Below, piece by piece: positions 24,412-40,200 of a stretch of 64,000 bases of DNA. Each line of letters opens with the position of its first letter. Positions within the stretch are counted from its first letter, which is position 1. Location of the stretch: contig NC_043002.1 in assembly GCF_006345805.1 (NCBI RefSeq), positions 116,870,001 to 116,934,000 on the forward strand, given 5' to 3'. A program made the translations under genes and the position numbers. Under the pieces are notes generated by a model. The model worked only from the letters and a program-made list of their open reading frames with translations. It did no database searches and had not been told where the DNA came from. This stretch comes from Octopus sinensis (lineage: Eukaryota).

Positions 24412-24648
24412 AGGTGTGTGAAGGATAAATTGTCGTCATATTATATTTTTAACTTCGCACATGCCCATTGGGTTGTTTGATTTTGTTGACTACACAGTAT
24501 AGTATGGGCAGTTGGGCTCTGTTTGTAAGAAAATCAGCACCATGACGCATTTCATTCGGCCAGAAATCTGGAAACGACAAGCTGTACTGCTTGGCATTTG
24601 CGCCGAAAGCTCCAATACGAACAGTTCAGTGTCGGGTGTCAATCTGAG
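24412..24648 (+). mobile_element. 5' fragment of a Tc1/mariner element (end plus start of the HTH domain)
   Basis: ATG at 24542 reads MTHFIRPEIWKRQAVLLGICAESSNT..S..GVNL, resembling an N-terminal HTH. Starts after TA with ggataaattgtcg and is abruptly joined to a Tx1 fragment. Confidence 0.5.
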
Positions 24649-24649
24649 C

Positions 24650-25682
24650 CCCCAAAACAAGTATCAGTGATGTAGCGCATCAGACTGAGGTTGTCATGGA
24701 TACTCCTGCCCGGCACGGCGCATGTTTTCATCTTGCCGACCAGTTTCTCGGTGACAAACGCCAACCTCTCAGGTAGCACCTAACCCAAAATCTTCAAATC
24801 TGCGTTGATAGGCCTGAAGTTATCTATGACGTTCCCCTTGCTTGGGTCTTTCTTTAGCAGTGTCACCGCTTCTCGACTCACAAAACTGGGGATACTCCCG
24901 TTTTGCTGCTAGTTGCAGTAGACTGCTGCCAAGACGCCTCCAATCAAGTCTGGCATATGACAATAAAGCTCGTAGGGCAGACCATCCAAACCTGACAACT
25001 TATCTCCTGCGCAGCCTGCCATTGCATCCCGTACGTCCGGGGCTGTGATGGGTCTTTTACAACATTTTGCCTCTCTTGCCGAGTGTCGTGACAGGCCATG
25101 CAGGTAGGCACTAAAATCCACCCTGCGTTCTGACCCACCAGTGTCCCGAACAGTCAGGCAAAGTGCTGTTGAAAGGCCTCACATATCCTTTCGGGCTCGA
25201 GTAACTCGCCCTCTGTTCATCTGTCAGAGACCTGATGGTGGCTTTGTTGCCTCGTTGCGCCTCTGCCACTCGGACTTCTCGAGCAGTTCCAATTCCTTCG
25301 TTTCTCAGAGCATCTATCCTAGCTCTGACAAAGAAATCCAGTCGACCTGTTAAGGAGAGTACATAAACTGCTATCAGTCAAAAACCACATCCATTACTGC
25401 CATCGACATCTAAGACAACTAGTCTACCCTCCGGGTCAAGGAATATTGCCCTTAATTTGAGGTCCAGACTCTTCCGAAAAAGCACCGCGGTACCACCGTC
25501 CATTCTTGGCAGACACGGAATAAAATAAATGTCGAATTGTCCGCCGAACTTGTGCTGAAGGGCCCGCGAGTTGTGAAGTCTGGTTTCACTAATGGCTCCG
25601 ATATGTACGTTATGTGACTTGATGTTGTTCAACAGGTAGCCTTGTTTCCAAGGCTACCCCAAGCCACGCACATTTATACAAA
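24650..25682 (-). mobile_element. Degraded, internally deleted Tx1/L1-group ORF2 (APE endonuclease N-terminus plus RT start)
   Basis: CINVRGLG..KQGYLLNNIKSHNVHIGAISETRL..GGTAVLF..FLDPEGRLVVLDV (APE), and KLSGLDGLPYELY..NFRPI..ADLKIL..CAVPGRSIHDNL (RT). Confidence 0.85.
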
Positions 25683-25751
25683 CTATTCTAAGCATCTTCC
25701 TAACGAAAGTTTTGCTTTACACACGAAAGGAAAAGGAAAATAATGAGAAAT

Positions 25752-25813
<62 letters not shown>

Positions 25814-25824
25814 TATATATATAT

Positions 25825-25869
<45 letters not shown>

Positions 25870-26063
25870 CTGTTCGAAAGTTGGTTGTTCTTCACCTCAC
25901 TATCTTCTCTCAGAAGGTTTTGTATATTTTTTGATATGTACTTTTGAAATCTCCCTACTGCATCTGAGTAGAGAGATTTCAGTGTGTTGTGTGTGTTTGT
26001 GTCACGTGTATGATTATTATGAGTGTGGTGGTGTTATGCGAGGATGATTGTTTTCTGTTATGC

Positions 26064-27270
<1,207 letters not shown>

Positions 27271-27410
27271 TGTCAGTATCATGCTCTAAGTAGCCAAGAA
27301 AAAAATCTGTAACATCGGATGGAAGTTAAAGGAAATATATCACAAAACGCATCATCTGAAAGAATCAGCCTTGGCATATCCCTCCTCTTACTATATGTAT
27401 ATACATACAT

Positions 27411-27465
<55 letters not shown>

Positions 27466-27489
27466 TTGGAAAGTAATTTTATCTTAATA

Positions 27490-28140
27490 ATTACGATGCG
27501 CACTCTTCTTCTTTACTATCTCTTCTCTGTCTATCTCTCTCCCCTCTTGTTCTTCATCCTTTCTGTTTTTCTCTCCCACCCTTCCCTGTTCTTCTCCTGT
27601 CCCATTTACCGTTCCCTTTCTCTCACTCCTCCTCCTCGACTCTCTCGTTGCTCACACGTGATGAGAGGGAAGCCATCATCCTGACTACTACCTTCACGAA
27701 GAATAAACGGGCATATCCTGTCTCTTCATAAGCCCGTCTCCTTAAGCGTTCAGAATAATTTTTCCATCGTCTTGGCTTAACAACCTTCATCGTTTTTTTT
27801 TTACTGTTTTCTTCTCCTTCTTCTGTCTTTTAATGATTTTACTTTTTTATTGTTTTTACTGTTTTGTTCTCACTGTCCTGTTCTTGTGACCATTTTCACC
27901 CTCCGCAAAAAATCCCAAATTTTATTTAATTTGCTTTGCGGGAAGGTCTGTTTCAACGAAGTCGCGCCTTGTCCTTACCTTCGGAACACGGAATAGATGA
28001 AACAGGGACAACTGAAGAATGGGAATATTCTTTATGTTGCATGTCTCATTTTTCTGTTTGAAAAAAAGGTTGTTTCTATATTTTTGTTTTTATGTTTTCG
28101 TTTCTCATTGTGTTTAACGTCTTTTTGATGTCCTGTACCC
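27490..28140. repeat. Unclassified interspersed repeat between TA tracts
   Basis: Pyrimidine-rich strand-biased block bounded by (TA)n on both sides, with no credible ORF. Confidence 0.35.
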
Positions 28141-28221
28141 ATATATGCATCTATATATACATATATATGTAGGTATGTACATATATGTATGTGTATGTGC
28201 ATATATTTATTTTATATTATA

Positions 28222-28298
<77 letters not shown>

Positions 28299-29120
28299 TA
28301 TATGTATATGTACATAACTATATATACATAAATTTATATATACATGTGCGTGTGTCTGTATTTTGTGTGCATATTTCTAGCTAACGTATCATTATGGGAT
28401 AGATGGAATGGAAATAAAGAAATGTCATACCATATTCAGTTCTTGTCTATTCGCATTTGTTAGTTTGAGAGTGTTTTAATATTTGCGGGTTTTCTTGTAT
28501 AAATTTCAATTATTCATTTAAAATAGTAACCTTTCATAAAAAATAGAATTCATCATTAAGTCGGTGAACAATAATATCTCTCATACGTCTCACTTTGAAG
28601 GCTCTACTTTGGCAATATTTTTCTTCTGTTCAAATAATGTTAATTTTAATTAACACACATATATTCTTAATACTACAAATAATATTGAATGAATTAAAAT
28701 TAATGTTATGAAGTAATGAAATTCCTAAGAAATTTTATATTAACATTTTTCTTAAAATTTGCTAATAAATCCGACCTCATTCAAATAAATTTAAATATAA
28801 AAAAAAACTTAGTTGTATTATTGGCTGTTTATAATGAGAAGTCGATGAATGAAGAATGTATCTGACAGATAGTTTTGATCTTTCATTGAACATTTCTTAA
28901 TGTGTGTATACTGCATTTTATAATATATTGATTCTACTCCGAGATTGATTATGAGTTTCATAATATAGATCCATACGGCTATCAAATAACCATTTCCTTT
29001 GAATCATGAAAAACGATGTTTAACGGACCCTAAAAATGTCATTAATATTTGCTCTGTTATTTGTATTATCGAAACAGAATGAAGTGTATTTATGAATCCA
29101 AACTAGTACGATACAACCAT

Positions 29121-29490
29121 TTTTCTTTAATATGTTTCAGTCATTCAACCGTGGCCATGCTGGGGCACTGCTTTGAAGATTTTGGACGAACAGATCGACT
29201 CCAGTATTTATTTTAAAGTCTGGTACTTTTTTATCGGAATCTTTTTGCCGATCCGCTAAGTTACGGATACGTAAACAAACCAACACTGACAAGTAAAGGT
29301 GATGTACAAACACTCGATTATGCACACACACACCCCCCACACACACATCCACACATACACACACATTACGTAAGTCATAAAGCTTCCGTGGAATTTTGAG
29401 CAAGAAGACACTTGCCCAGGGTGTCATGCAATGCAGGATGACCAAACCCAGAATCATGAGGATTGAACCAAGCTTCTTACTACACAACTA
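29121..29490 (-). mobile_element. SINE family A copy
   Basis: Reverse complement tgtgtagtaagaagcttg..ccctgggcaagtgtcttct..(GT)n..gtttacgtatccgtaacttagcggatcggcaaaaag..ccagcatggccacgg..gactgaaaca. Confidence 0.75.
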
Positions 29491-30399
29491 CAAATAAAAG
29501 ATATTCCTGAAAATATCTTAAAATATTAAAAAGTTGGCAAGATCAACTAAATATTTCATATTTATTTAATTTGAAAATATTTTTAGTTTACTTTACATTC
29601 TTTCCAGGACATACGTAATTTTAATACAACACACCAAACGTTTCTATTTCATTAAGGTAAATACTATTTCATAAAACTCACTTAAAGAAAAACCAGCCCT
29701 TTCTTGGCTCTCCACGCATCACCGACAATTCCTATTGATGGCACTTCTCAATCTGTAGAGCTGAACTCAAAATGGCAATGCTCACCAACCTTGCTCTTAG
29801 CACTATCAAACTTGATGTTACGAAATTGCCCACGATCCCTGAGTTGAAAGCTCTCTGGTAACGAATAATCAAACAATCTAGAGTTCTCACCCGATTTTTA
29901 CATTGTCGGTCATTCCCATTTATAAACTTCTATAGAATGTCTGTTCGATTGACATTGGATCGTGACCGCCTAGTATAATAGAGGTATCAGATGTACAACT
30001 TTGATCTGTGCTTGACTCACGACTGTTGCGTCAAATTAAAGGGCAGTGCAAAACTTTGCACTTCAATAGCACAACAACACCCTAATCAGTGGAATCTAGT
30101 CCTTTCAGACGAAGCGAAAGAGATCAGACACGTCCAGGGCCAGAACATGATATGTAGATGATAATGAATCACAGAAGTGATGTAGAGATTCACCGCCACT
30201 GCTCAGTTATTCGGCAAAAGCTTCCAACCTGTGAATTTCTAATAGAATACGACAAATCAGCTCGAATGCTCGTTGCAGTTCCTGTCTACTTCGTAGTCTG
30301 TATCGAACCAATCAACGAACAGCGTATTCCTAACTTCAGTCTAATGCTAGATGACAGTGTTTCCACTGCCGGTTCTTCAGTTGCAGAGATGCATGCTCC

Positions 30400-32147
30400 C
30401 CAACTTGAATTGATTAAGAAGTACGCTACTTCCTACTTTCTAATTGTTTCGAAACTGTGATACCTATTTTGGCTTCTGTTGTATTGTATGACAATGCTAA
30501 CACGGTTCTTTTGTGTCTCAGTTCATGCGAGATTACAAAAGCATCAGTCGTTGGGTCCATGGAACATGAATCGCTTCTCTGCTGTAAAAACGTTAACCAT
30601 AATTTTGCGCAGTCTACCTTTGCCTTCTTACGTTTTTTGCTTAAATAAATTTTCCTCTTGACTTTTCCATACACGTATTCAATTTCTGTCAGTGTTATTA
30701 GCAATGTTGGAACATTTACATCTATTTCACATTCCTCCTTCACCTTCAATGCCGTTTCCCTTTTTTCCAGCTACCAGGACACGGGTCACAGTTATCTTCA
30801 TTCGCATTTCAGTTCTTTTCCAAGCAACTTTTTTCTTCCTCTTTTCCCTATTCCGGCTATAGTCATTCTTTAACATATACACCACTGAAGACTTCAAACC
30901 AACAGCTATTTCCTTCCGGCTTAGGCCATCTTCTCTCTTCTATCAAACTAAAGAACTAATTTCTTTTGAATGCATTTTCATCCGAATTTTTTTTGTCAAT
31001 TAAAGAAAGATTTCTTGAAGGATAATACTTATTGAAGTACTGCCTACTGCCTTCGTCCAACAAAATTTGCATGAAAAAAATTTAAGGGAATGCTCAAGGT
31101 GATATTAAAGTAAGCATTCTATTATGTCCGAAAAATAATGTCACGTAATTTATATCAAAATATGTAAAAAGTGCTCGCGGTATACAAGAGACTGAAACAA
31201 GCACCTAACTTTCAGTTGATTTAAAGCTCACAAATACGTGCGTAGCTCCACAAAATAAACTTTCTAGAAGTACAATTTCTCAGCTGTCTGAAAAACATTG
31301 TCGAGCTCTGTATTAGTGACAAACCCATTATCTATCAATACTGCTATCCCATTGTTGATACCCCGGTAGTTGTTTTTCCGTAGACCGAATTTCTTAAAAA
31401 CCTCTACTCCATTTTCTTATATTCTTTTCAATGAGTTGCTTGTTTATGTGTAACTTGGACAAGTATTTATGCTGATAATATATAAAACTGAAGATACCAT
31501 ATAACTGGTGAATATAGATTAACTCAATATCACGTGTTGTGGTATCTCTTTTGTTTTGTTTGTTAAGTGTGATGCCGCGGATACTAAATTTTGTTCACTG
31601 TTTCGCCGGCTCTTGAAAAAGCCTTCATCAACATTTTGTATTTTGGTTGATTGTTCTGTTTATTGTAACTTATTTAGCTTGTCTGGTAGTTTCTTCAATA
31701 TGTTCATTCAGATGAGGTCGCGTTTATTGAATCTGTAATTGTCCTTGTGTTGTGTTCTTTCTTTTGTGGAGCAGTACGTGTTTTGTAGATTCTGTTGAAA
31801 TACTTTCATTGATTTACGGTGGCCCATCTTATTAATGTTATTTTCCTTTTCCCTAAGTATTCTTTCTGTCGCTTGTTCGGTTCCAGTTATTGAGACATTG
31901 TTTATCGTAAATTCCCGGATGTTTTCAAACGTGTCATTTGCAACTTGATATTTTCTCAAATTCTTTATTTTCTCTAGTATTATTATGTGTCTTATACAGT
32001 GCACATGTTATTAGGTTACAGTGTTGAGCTCTATCACTTTAATGTAATTCCTTCGTTTAACTTATTTTTTAAAAATATTTTATCTTTGGACGCGATATTT
32101 TGTTTTCTTCTCCTTTTATGCAAACTGACATATATACTCGGAACACC

Positions 32148-32190
<43 letters not shown>

Positions 32191-34230
32191 CTTTGTGCTG
32201 GTGATTCAGAATGCTGTCAAATGTTTTCTTGCTATACTATAAAGTTCTACTTAATTTCCAATGTTTTTATGTTGGAGCTGTAATATATAAATGAAACAGC
32301 TAGCGCGTTTATAATTACTTGTTTATTTCTAGTTTTGATATCAGTTTATAATAGGTTTCTTTCAATAGAAATGTTAATGAATGTGAATGCTAAGAGCTGG
32401 CATTGTAAGGAGCCTGTGTATCATTACTTCTCTCACAGGTGTAGGGCTGCTCTCTAAGTTTTCCTTTTCATTTCCAATGACATAATCGTTTTCCATTGTA
32501 CTATGACAAACTTTTTAATTTTATTAGTGCTTGAGTTTCTTAGTTTGTGTAGAATATTTTAAGTGTCCACCAGTGTGAAATATTAGAAAATGCCTTCTCG
32601 GAGTCAATCGAAGCAATACAGGAGTTTATTTTCACCATTTAAAGTCGTCTATCACACTCGATTTACTGGTAGCGGTTGTCTTCTGTTATACACTCTTTTC
32701 TGGTAGTGTTTCTTATTCTTATAGAAATATTATCGTTTTCTAGAAGCCCAAACAGCCTCTTTCACAACATCAATGTAACGACATAACTCATTAATAAGTA
32801 AAGGTCTATAATATAGCGAGTGCCTGGTATTCTCTTGTGGAATTAGTATATTTCCACTTTCAGCATCCATTCAAGCTTTAATTCGTATCTGCTAACCACT
32901 TTATTGAATGTTGGTGCTATATAATCATGGGTACTGGCCATGGACTTCATCCAAAAACGGGAGACTTTCTATCCTAGATACATTGCAGTTGGTTAGAGCT
33001 CTTAAGGTATTACTTATGGTAGAACAACGTTGAGGCGCTATTGTGTTTTTTCTCCTTCGTTTCTGAAGCACTGTACATTTTTATTGTGCTGAGTGTCGTT
33101 TTTTCATATTCCTTCCCATACACTTGAACTTGGCGTTGCCAGTAGCGTCCTGCGTTGGGTTGTCTTCTGATGTTATAGTTATTTGTTGATGTCTTCTCTT
33201 TAATGTTCTGACATTTGTTTAAAACAGTTTGTTCCCCTGGGAGAAACGTTTAATTCAGTTTGTTTTTTCTGCTTTGCTTGCTTTGAGTTTTGCGTTTGCT
33301 TCCAGAATAGCTTCTTGTTTATGTATTTATTTTTATTTGATTTTTTTTCTTATTATATCAAATGGCTCGCTAAGTAAAGATAGTCACTATTACCTTTTAC
33401 TTATGGGAGAATGGGATTGGATCAAATCCGAAGTATACTTCGTCACTACCACTGTTGTAGAATAAATGAAATCCTGCAGTCTGTCAAAATTCAATACCTT
33501 TTTCTTTTGTCTAGCACAGAATTTCTTGAAAGCTCCAATCATATCTATTCTTTCATAAAGTCGTTTATTCATTTGTAGCTAAGGAACGTGTTTGTGTTGC
33601 TCCTTATTCATTGATTTTTTGCTTTTTTCTGTTGTTTTTATCATTTCAGTTATATCATTCTTAATACTGTCTTGTTGATCCATTTGGATTCTTCTTGTTC
33701 TTTGATTTACTGCTAGGTGTGGGACGGATGGTTTGTATCTGTTCTAGCTGTGGAGCCGATTGTGTAAGTGTATACGGGCTTCTTTGATATTCGTAATCTC
33801 AATTAGAATTTAGTTTACTGCACAACCTTGGTTGTTCCTTGCATGGTCTGTTAAAAACCAATTTTATTTTGGTTTTGAGTTCTCACTTCTGGTGTCGCTG
33901 TTTCCGATGTGTGCTTTTCTTTCGTTTCTGGAGTGTTACGTGCTTCGTTTATGATAGATTCTATTTTGTTTTCATTAGATTACGGCACTTTGTTTTTCTA
34001 ATTTTATTGTACATTTTGTCTCTATATTTGTTTATTCGTGTTTTAAAAACTTTCCAAATGTTGATAATATAATGTTATATTTTCCTCATTTCTTTGTAGT
34101 TACTTTCGATAACTTAAATGTCTCTTCTATAGTACTTATGTATTTTTGGTAGTATTGCTTGTGTAATATGCACGAAACAATTCAGTGCAGTTTGTTTTCT
34201 TCGATCCAGCAACCTCTTCTGATTGTATGT
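30400..34230 (-). mobile_element. Very degraded R4/Dong-like retrotransposon
   Basis: Minus-strand remnants: RAYYT N-terminus (~34170; cf. RAYFTA at 12174) and TFNKV..EWML..LIPQENT..YYRPL (~32930-32790), an RT domain 0/1-like segment. A-rich coding strand with many stops; boundaries approximate. Confidence 0.55.
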
Positions 34231-34292
34231 GCATTTTAGAGGTTTAGAGAAAAAGCCTTTCGGTTTAATATATACATATACATACATACATT

Positions 34293-34356
<64 letters not shown>

Positions 34357-34569
34357 ACAAGACATCATCTTAGACTATAGTGTTAGTAGCTTCTTTAGTG
34401 ATCACAATAGGTTCACAGTACAAAATTTTATATGGTTTCTTTTGCCTATTGATTTATTTCCGGGGATTGTGGAGACTATCTGCTACCGTTAGTTTTATTT
34501 TGCGATAGTCTGTTTCAATTTGATTAATGCTTTACGCACTATGAATAAAAATGAAATGGAATTATCATG

Positions 34570-34930
34570 ACATTATGGAAGGAAATTCTCTTCTGGTCAA
34601 TGCATGAAGATCCATAGAAAGGGAAAGGTTATACGAAAACTAATGAATGGACAGTGGCACACGCAGCTAGCAGACATCACTTTGGAAAGCCAACGTCAGT
34701 CGTCAAACAACAGCGCCAAAGATATCTATGTTGTTAATTCAGATAGAGAATTAGTACTGACTCTTGATATCAAACTACGTGAGCCACCTACTATTGCAAA
34801 AAGAGAATGGGAGAGATTAGATGAAGAAATAGTTCACAGAATAGACGAAATGATAAGAAGGAGCACATAATAATAGAAATTTGCCAAATTTAGAAATATT
34901 GCTTTTGGAACCAGCAGGGACGACTATGAA
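34570..34930 (+). mobile_element. N-terminal fragment of a Hero/NeSL-like RLE retrotransposon
   Basis: GRKFSSGQCMKIHR..ADITLESQRQSSNNSAKDI..IKL..PP..AKREWERLDEEI resembles the N-terminal zinc finger (G.KIH) and IK.P...EW..LD segment of Hero-type ORFs. Confidence 0.5.
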
Positions 34931-34989
34931 GTTAGATTTTAGATATATTCAATTTATTATTCTTGATAATGTCTAGCATTGGCAATTCA

Positions 34990-36076
34990 TCTAACGGTTA
35001 TTTGAGAATGTTATTATTATAAATTCTTACTAGGACAGCTGAGTATTGATGTCCATTATCTTGTTTTGTATTTCCGCTTTAAGTATTGATTTGATGCGTC
35101 TGTAATATTTCTTCTTGTTTTTTTCTTTCATATCTCTGTATTGTACTCGATCTATTTCATTGTTTACAAGGTATTTGGAAATCTGCGTTTCGTCTAATAT
35201 TCTTTCTTTATGCAGTATGATATTGGTCTCCTTAATTAGCTTTTCTCTCCTCTGAGTTGACTTGATATGTCTTTTTAATCGAAATCTCATGTTTGTGACA
35301 GTTTAGATGTTTATCATCCGTAGCGTGAAGTTGTACATATACAAAAGATGGTTATCTAATTTCCCACAACACTTGTACTCGAGTCTTGTTTAATTTAGCA
35401 TTTTAGCTTACAGAACTAGCACCATGCAAAAAGTGGGTGAATACCAAGTTTTCCCTTCACACTATCTTTCGAATAGATGTGGGATTAGATCTGTAACACT
35501 TTTTTGTTTACTAGATTGTTTAAACTCACGCCGTGATTAATGTCTGCTGATTATTGACGCTATCTTACTCGAGGTTAATACTCGCCTGATATCCATGCAT
35601 GTTAGACTAACCATTCGTCGATCAGCAATTCATTATACTGCAGCATTCCACTTCGTTTTATAAACAAGTTGTGGTTTTCAAGAAGTGTGTTCATCTTCTG
35701 TAGTATTACTGTATTACTGCAAGACTACCCAAACTGCAGGGAATAAGTTTTAAGGTCTTTTTCGTTGTGCCTTTTAGTCTAAATCATTAAGATGATTTCT
35801 CTTCAGTGTGACAACCAAGAATGGTCTCTTGCTCCTTCAGCATCTTAAATAACTCTGTAAGTGTGCGTATGTGTCCTTGCTAAATGTGTTTACCAGATAT
35901 ATGGAACTATATGGTGGCTTCTGCATGTTTGTTTATTTTAACAGTTTGAATACTTCGGTTGATATGACCTTCTCGGCTTATGAGGAGTTGTAATTGTTAT
36001 TTTAAGCAACATTTCTTGGGCTTATTTCTTCACTATCAATGTTCTTTCCCGGAATTCTGTTTCCCTTATTGTTGTT

Positions 36077-36156
<80 letters not shown>

Positions 36157-37200
36157 TATATATATATAGGAATGGATCGGATTGTTTTGTTCATTAATGG
36201 TTTGCTGAAGATATTTTGCAAATTAACAAGAATCGGGTATTCTTTAAATTCAGTCTTTTTTCTTTTTGGTTATGCTATATTTCTGTAGCATTTGTCGTGT
36301 CTTCCTTTGCCCAACTGTATCTTTTCGTCATTTGTTTTTCCTTTATGACAGATACTCTCTTTTAATTTTCTTTGTTTTCGAACGGTTTTACTTGCCTTTT
36401 GATATTCCCATACAAGTAGTTGTAAGTGATTACGCACTTTTGTTTGTAAGTGCTATATTATTCCATTTATCTCATGATATTGATATTCGTGTTTGTTTTC
36501 ATTAAGTTTGCGTTGGACAGATTGCATTCTTGATTGTTGTTTTATCCTTGTTTGTTCCATGGGAAGATTTATTGATTTTAATTGTTCAATTCTTTCCACT
36601 TTTAGACTATTGTAATATCTTTACAATTTTCTATACTTCAGTACAGTACATATTCCGTTTTATTTATATTTTCATACTGTTTTATTTTTATTTTCCTGAA
36701 TCAGAGTTCTTTGAGAGTTCTATTATTTTTTCTTAGCTTTTCTTTTTTATTTATTTTGTAAATTTTAAGCCTATCTCCGTGGTTTATGTTCTCAATTTTA
36801 CTTCGTGTTCATTATTTTGTGCTTCTTTTAAACGTTCTTTTTCTGATTCTTAAAATATTTTCTTATTTTCAGAAAGGATTTTCTTAAATTAGCTTGTTAT
36901 ATTTGAGATCCAATGTTACATTTAGCTATGTGTTATTTTCCTTTGAAATTCTATGCGAGAGTATTGACGTAGTTGCATTTTTGGATGGAATGCAGCTGTA
37001 TACTTATTCTTCTCTTTGCAATTTGTGCCATTTCTGTTTGATTTAGGATACGTGGGAAATCGAATATTTAAATTGTTATTATTTCTGTGTTCTGCATGTT
37101 CTATTTCCTCCAATTTGCTATACATAAATTCTAATTTGCATTTTTCGTTTAGCCTTAGGGTGAATGACACGGTTTCTATGCACATGTGTCCAAACGCTGG
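34990..37200 (-). mobile_element. Degraded R4/Dong retrotransposon (RT region)
   Basis: NHLLYMYNF (decayed YMDDL, ~35352-35325) and MRFRL..KST..REKL..SKYL..E.DRVQYRDMKEK.KKKYYRRIKSILK.E..NKI..IN, colinear with the 14000-14310 copy. Confidence 0.7.
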
Positions 37201-40200
37201 TCAGTGCGAACATAAGTAATGCATGAGGTAATGGTCACTAAGTCATAAAAGTATACGTACACAATTACCTTTTAATTTGGACTTTGGAAATGAGGAGTCT
37301 CATCTCTATTTCTTCGAGGGTCGCTTACAATCATCGCGATGATATTTTTCTTTACTCCACTAAAAGTTAAAATTTGATTGATAAGTGTTTTTTTTGTGTA
37401 TGTCATTCGTACTTGTTACACTACCTTATTTATGTAAGTTCATATCCTTGAATCACTTATTTCTTTTTTATCTTTTAATCATACAAATTATTAATGGCCC
37501 AAACTGTTCGTAACATTTTTACATTTATAAAAAAATTGTCAATCTATCAAAGCAGATATTTGCAAATTATAGTATGGCTGATACGATAAAATAAGATGGA
37601 AAGATGTTGTTAGTCCTCTTCTCTCTTATAAACAAATTAGCTTGAGAATTAAATTCATGTAATTAATACTTAATTTCTTGAAATCAGCGTACATTTTCTT
37701 TGGGAGTAGCCATCAAATATCATTAGAACTTTTCGTCCTCGAATTAGGAAGTAATTGAAAAATTGTTACATACATCTTTCCGTTTATCACGCTTTAATAT
37801 TTTTTATGTAGATTCATGTCATCGGTTTATTTTTGTTGTTTCACCTGAACGTTTTCAAAATTATGCAAATTACGACGACTGGTGAGGCACTTGGTATTTC
37901 TTCTATGTAAAAAAAAAGACCTTCCCGAGAGTACAAAGCAAGTTTAATCGCTTGAAACAATCTTTCCTCTTCATTGAAAAATTTCGCAAATCATCGTTTA
38001 GCTGTTGTTTTCTTTCTCCAGTCCAATTAGAAGAGAATTGCAATTAATTGGGAATTTTTTCGTACGGCATTCAGTTCATCATTTAAATTATTTATTAGAA
38101 CTTGTACATTTTAATCCTTATTCTTTCCTTTGTTAACTACAGCTCTGGGGTAGAAATACCGTCATATTGTGTCAGAAAAGATTAATTATGTCTCTTATTG
38201 TACTAAAAAATATTTATCAACCTCATTAAATATCAACTGGGGATGCAAGTCATCCATGTTTCTCTCGGTTGGCTGATCTGATGATGCTCGGACACTTATG
38301 CGCAGATGTTCAATGATGAAATATAAAAGCTATCAACTATCTCAACAAAACATTTCTTGTTACAGTACAATTTACATATACGCACAGGCGAAACACAAAA
38401 ACAGAGCCAGAGAGAGAGAGAGAGAGAGAGAGAGAAGAAAGATAGGAGACAGAAAGCACGTGATAGTGAGGGAGAAAGAGAGAGAAAGAGTAAGAGAAAG
38501 GGTAAATAGTGAATAGGTAAAAGGGTTATCTGTAATGAAAGAACAATAACAACACTGCGAACTGGATTTCTGTATAGTCTACGTACAGTAAGATCGGTCT
38601 ACAATCTGTGGATTCATAACTTTTTGATTTATAAACTCTTTGCTTTGCGAGTCACGACCGAATAAAAAACAAATTTTTTCCCTACATCATACAGTACATC
38701 ATTGCATCTCCGATTTGTTGAACTAGTGATCATTTTTCATTTATTTCGCTTGCCTCCTTTAGAAATGAAATATTTTTACATTCCCATTCCGTTTGTTGTT
38801 TTACAAAGATAGTGCAGATCGTTGAAATTCTCAGTTTCCTCTTTTTGTGGTGTAAAAATTTATTTTTAAAAATCGTTAGTAATTTACTCGATGGAATATC
38901 AAATGTTTATTTGATATTCATCGAATACATGACATCTTCTGCAATACGCTTAATTCACTGAAATTGCTGCGACATCTGTATGCAACAATCAGTAAATATA
39001 ATAGTCTATTATTTTCCTACACTATTCACTGAAGACCGCATTAGCTTTGTAAGTAGTAGTTAAATTTTATGAATTCAAATAAGTAGCAGATAAAATAACA
39101 GATTAACGGATTTTAAAATCATATTTTACAAAACGTTTCTCAGTTTTTAATTAATGAAATCCGAATCTTCATACCGTAATGTCAAAATAAAACTATAATT
39201 GCCGTTATTAAATATAAAATCCCATCTTGATTTATCGGTAACTTTTCCGCTACTAGAAGAGTTCTAACATTTGAATATTTCAATTTCTTCAGCCATTAAT
39301 AATGTGATGCTAGTTCAGCAGTGAATCATCGTCATATCGTCGCTTGCAATATATCAGCCAAAACCCATTTGAATTTTCGAGTGCCAGTTAGTTGTAACAT
39401 AAAAGAAAGAATAAAAGCAGCAGTGTATGAAATGCACATGCGTAGAATTTAAAGAAGAGATGATTTTCAGGCTCATAATGTGGTCGTGTGCTTGGGCTCC
39501 AGCGAACATAGACAGCATAAACAGAAAACATATGCTTTCAATGTGGAATGTTTGCTGTTGTTCGACTTGAAAATATAACAAAAACAGAGACTGTTTTCAA
39601 ATTTAAACACATATCGTTCAAACATTTAAAACATTACTAAAAATAATTAAACATCTAAATATTAGATGTATGTACACACACATTTATGCATAATGTGTGT
39701 GTGTTTGTATACACGCCTACTTATGTGCATATGTGTGCTTTTGTGCATTTATGATAACTTTTCTCATTTTATTTGAGTCTTATTTATATTTTTGTTGTTA
39801 AAACTATGTCTTGTTCTGGCTAAGTTCTTTATTTTTTGTAATTATGTTCTGTATTTTGAATTTACTGTAGTTTTTAATGCTTACAAACAATTGTGATTGA
39901 CAAAATAGTATAGCTAGGAAAGTACGAAAGTAATTCTGTTTCGTTCTGAGTGGGCATGATATTCTCAAATGATTAATAAGCTAATAGAAATGAATAACAA
40001 AAGTTACATCAAAGTATACCAATTATATCACATTCTTGGCCTATAGAGACTTCGGTAATATGATTATTGGTAGCTTTCATTGATTCTAGACATCAGTTTT
40101 AATACAAGGTAGAATAATAGAATAATGTGACATTGATGTCCTATTATGCACATTTCAGACGTAGATTATTAGGGTTTCTACATTCTGAAACAGAGACCTT

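Noticed and set aside
30095-30145. cagacga...gacacgtc hammerhead-like string
   Set aside because: Both core halves are mutated and there is no stem II.
39354-39581. 75-aa hydrophobic ORF in non-repetitive DNA
   Set aside because: No true ATG start, no convincing splice sites and no recognisable domain.
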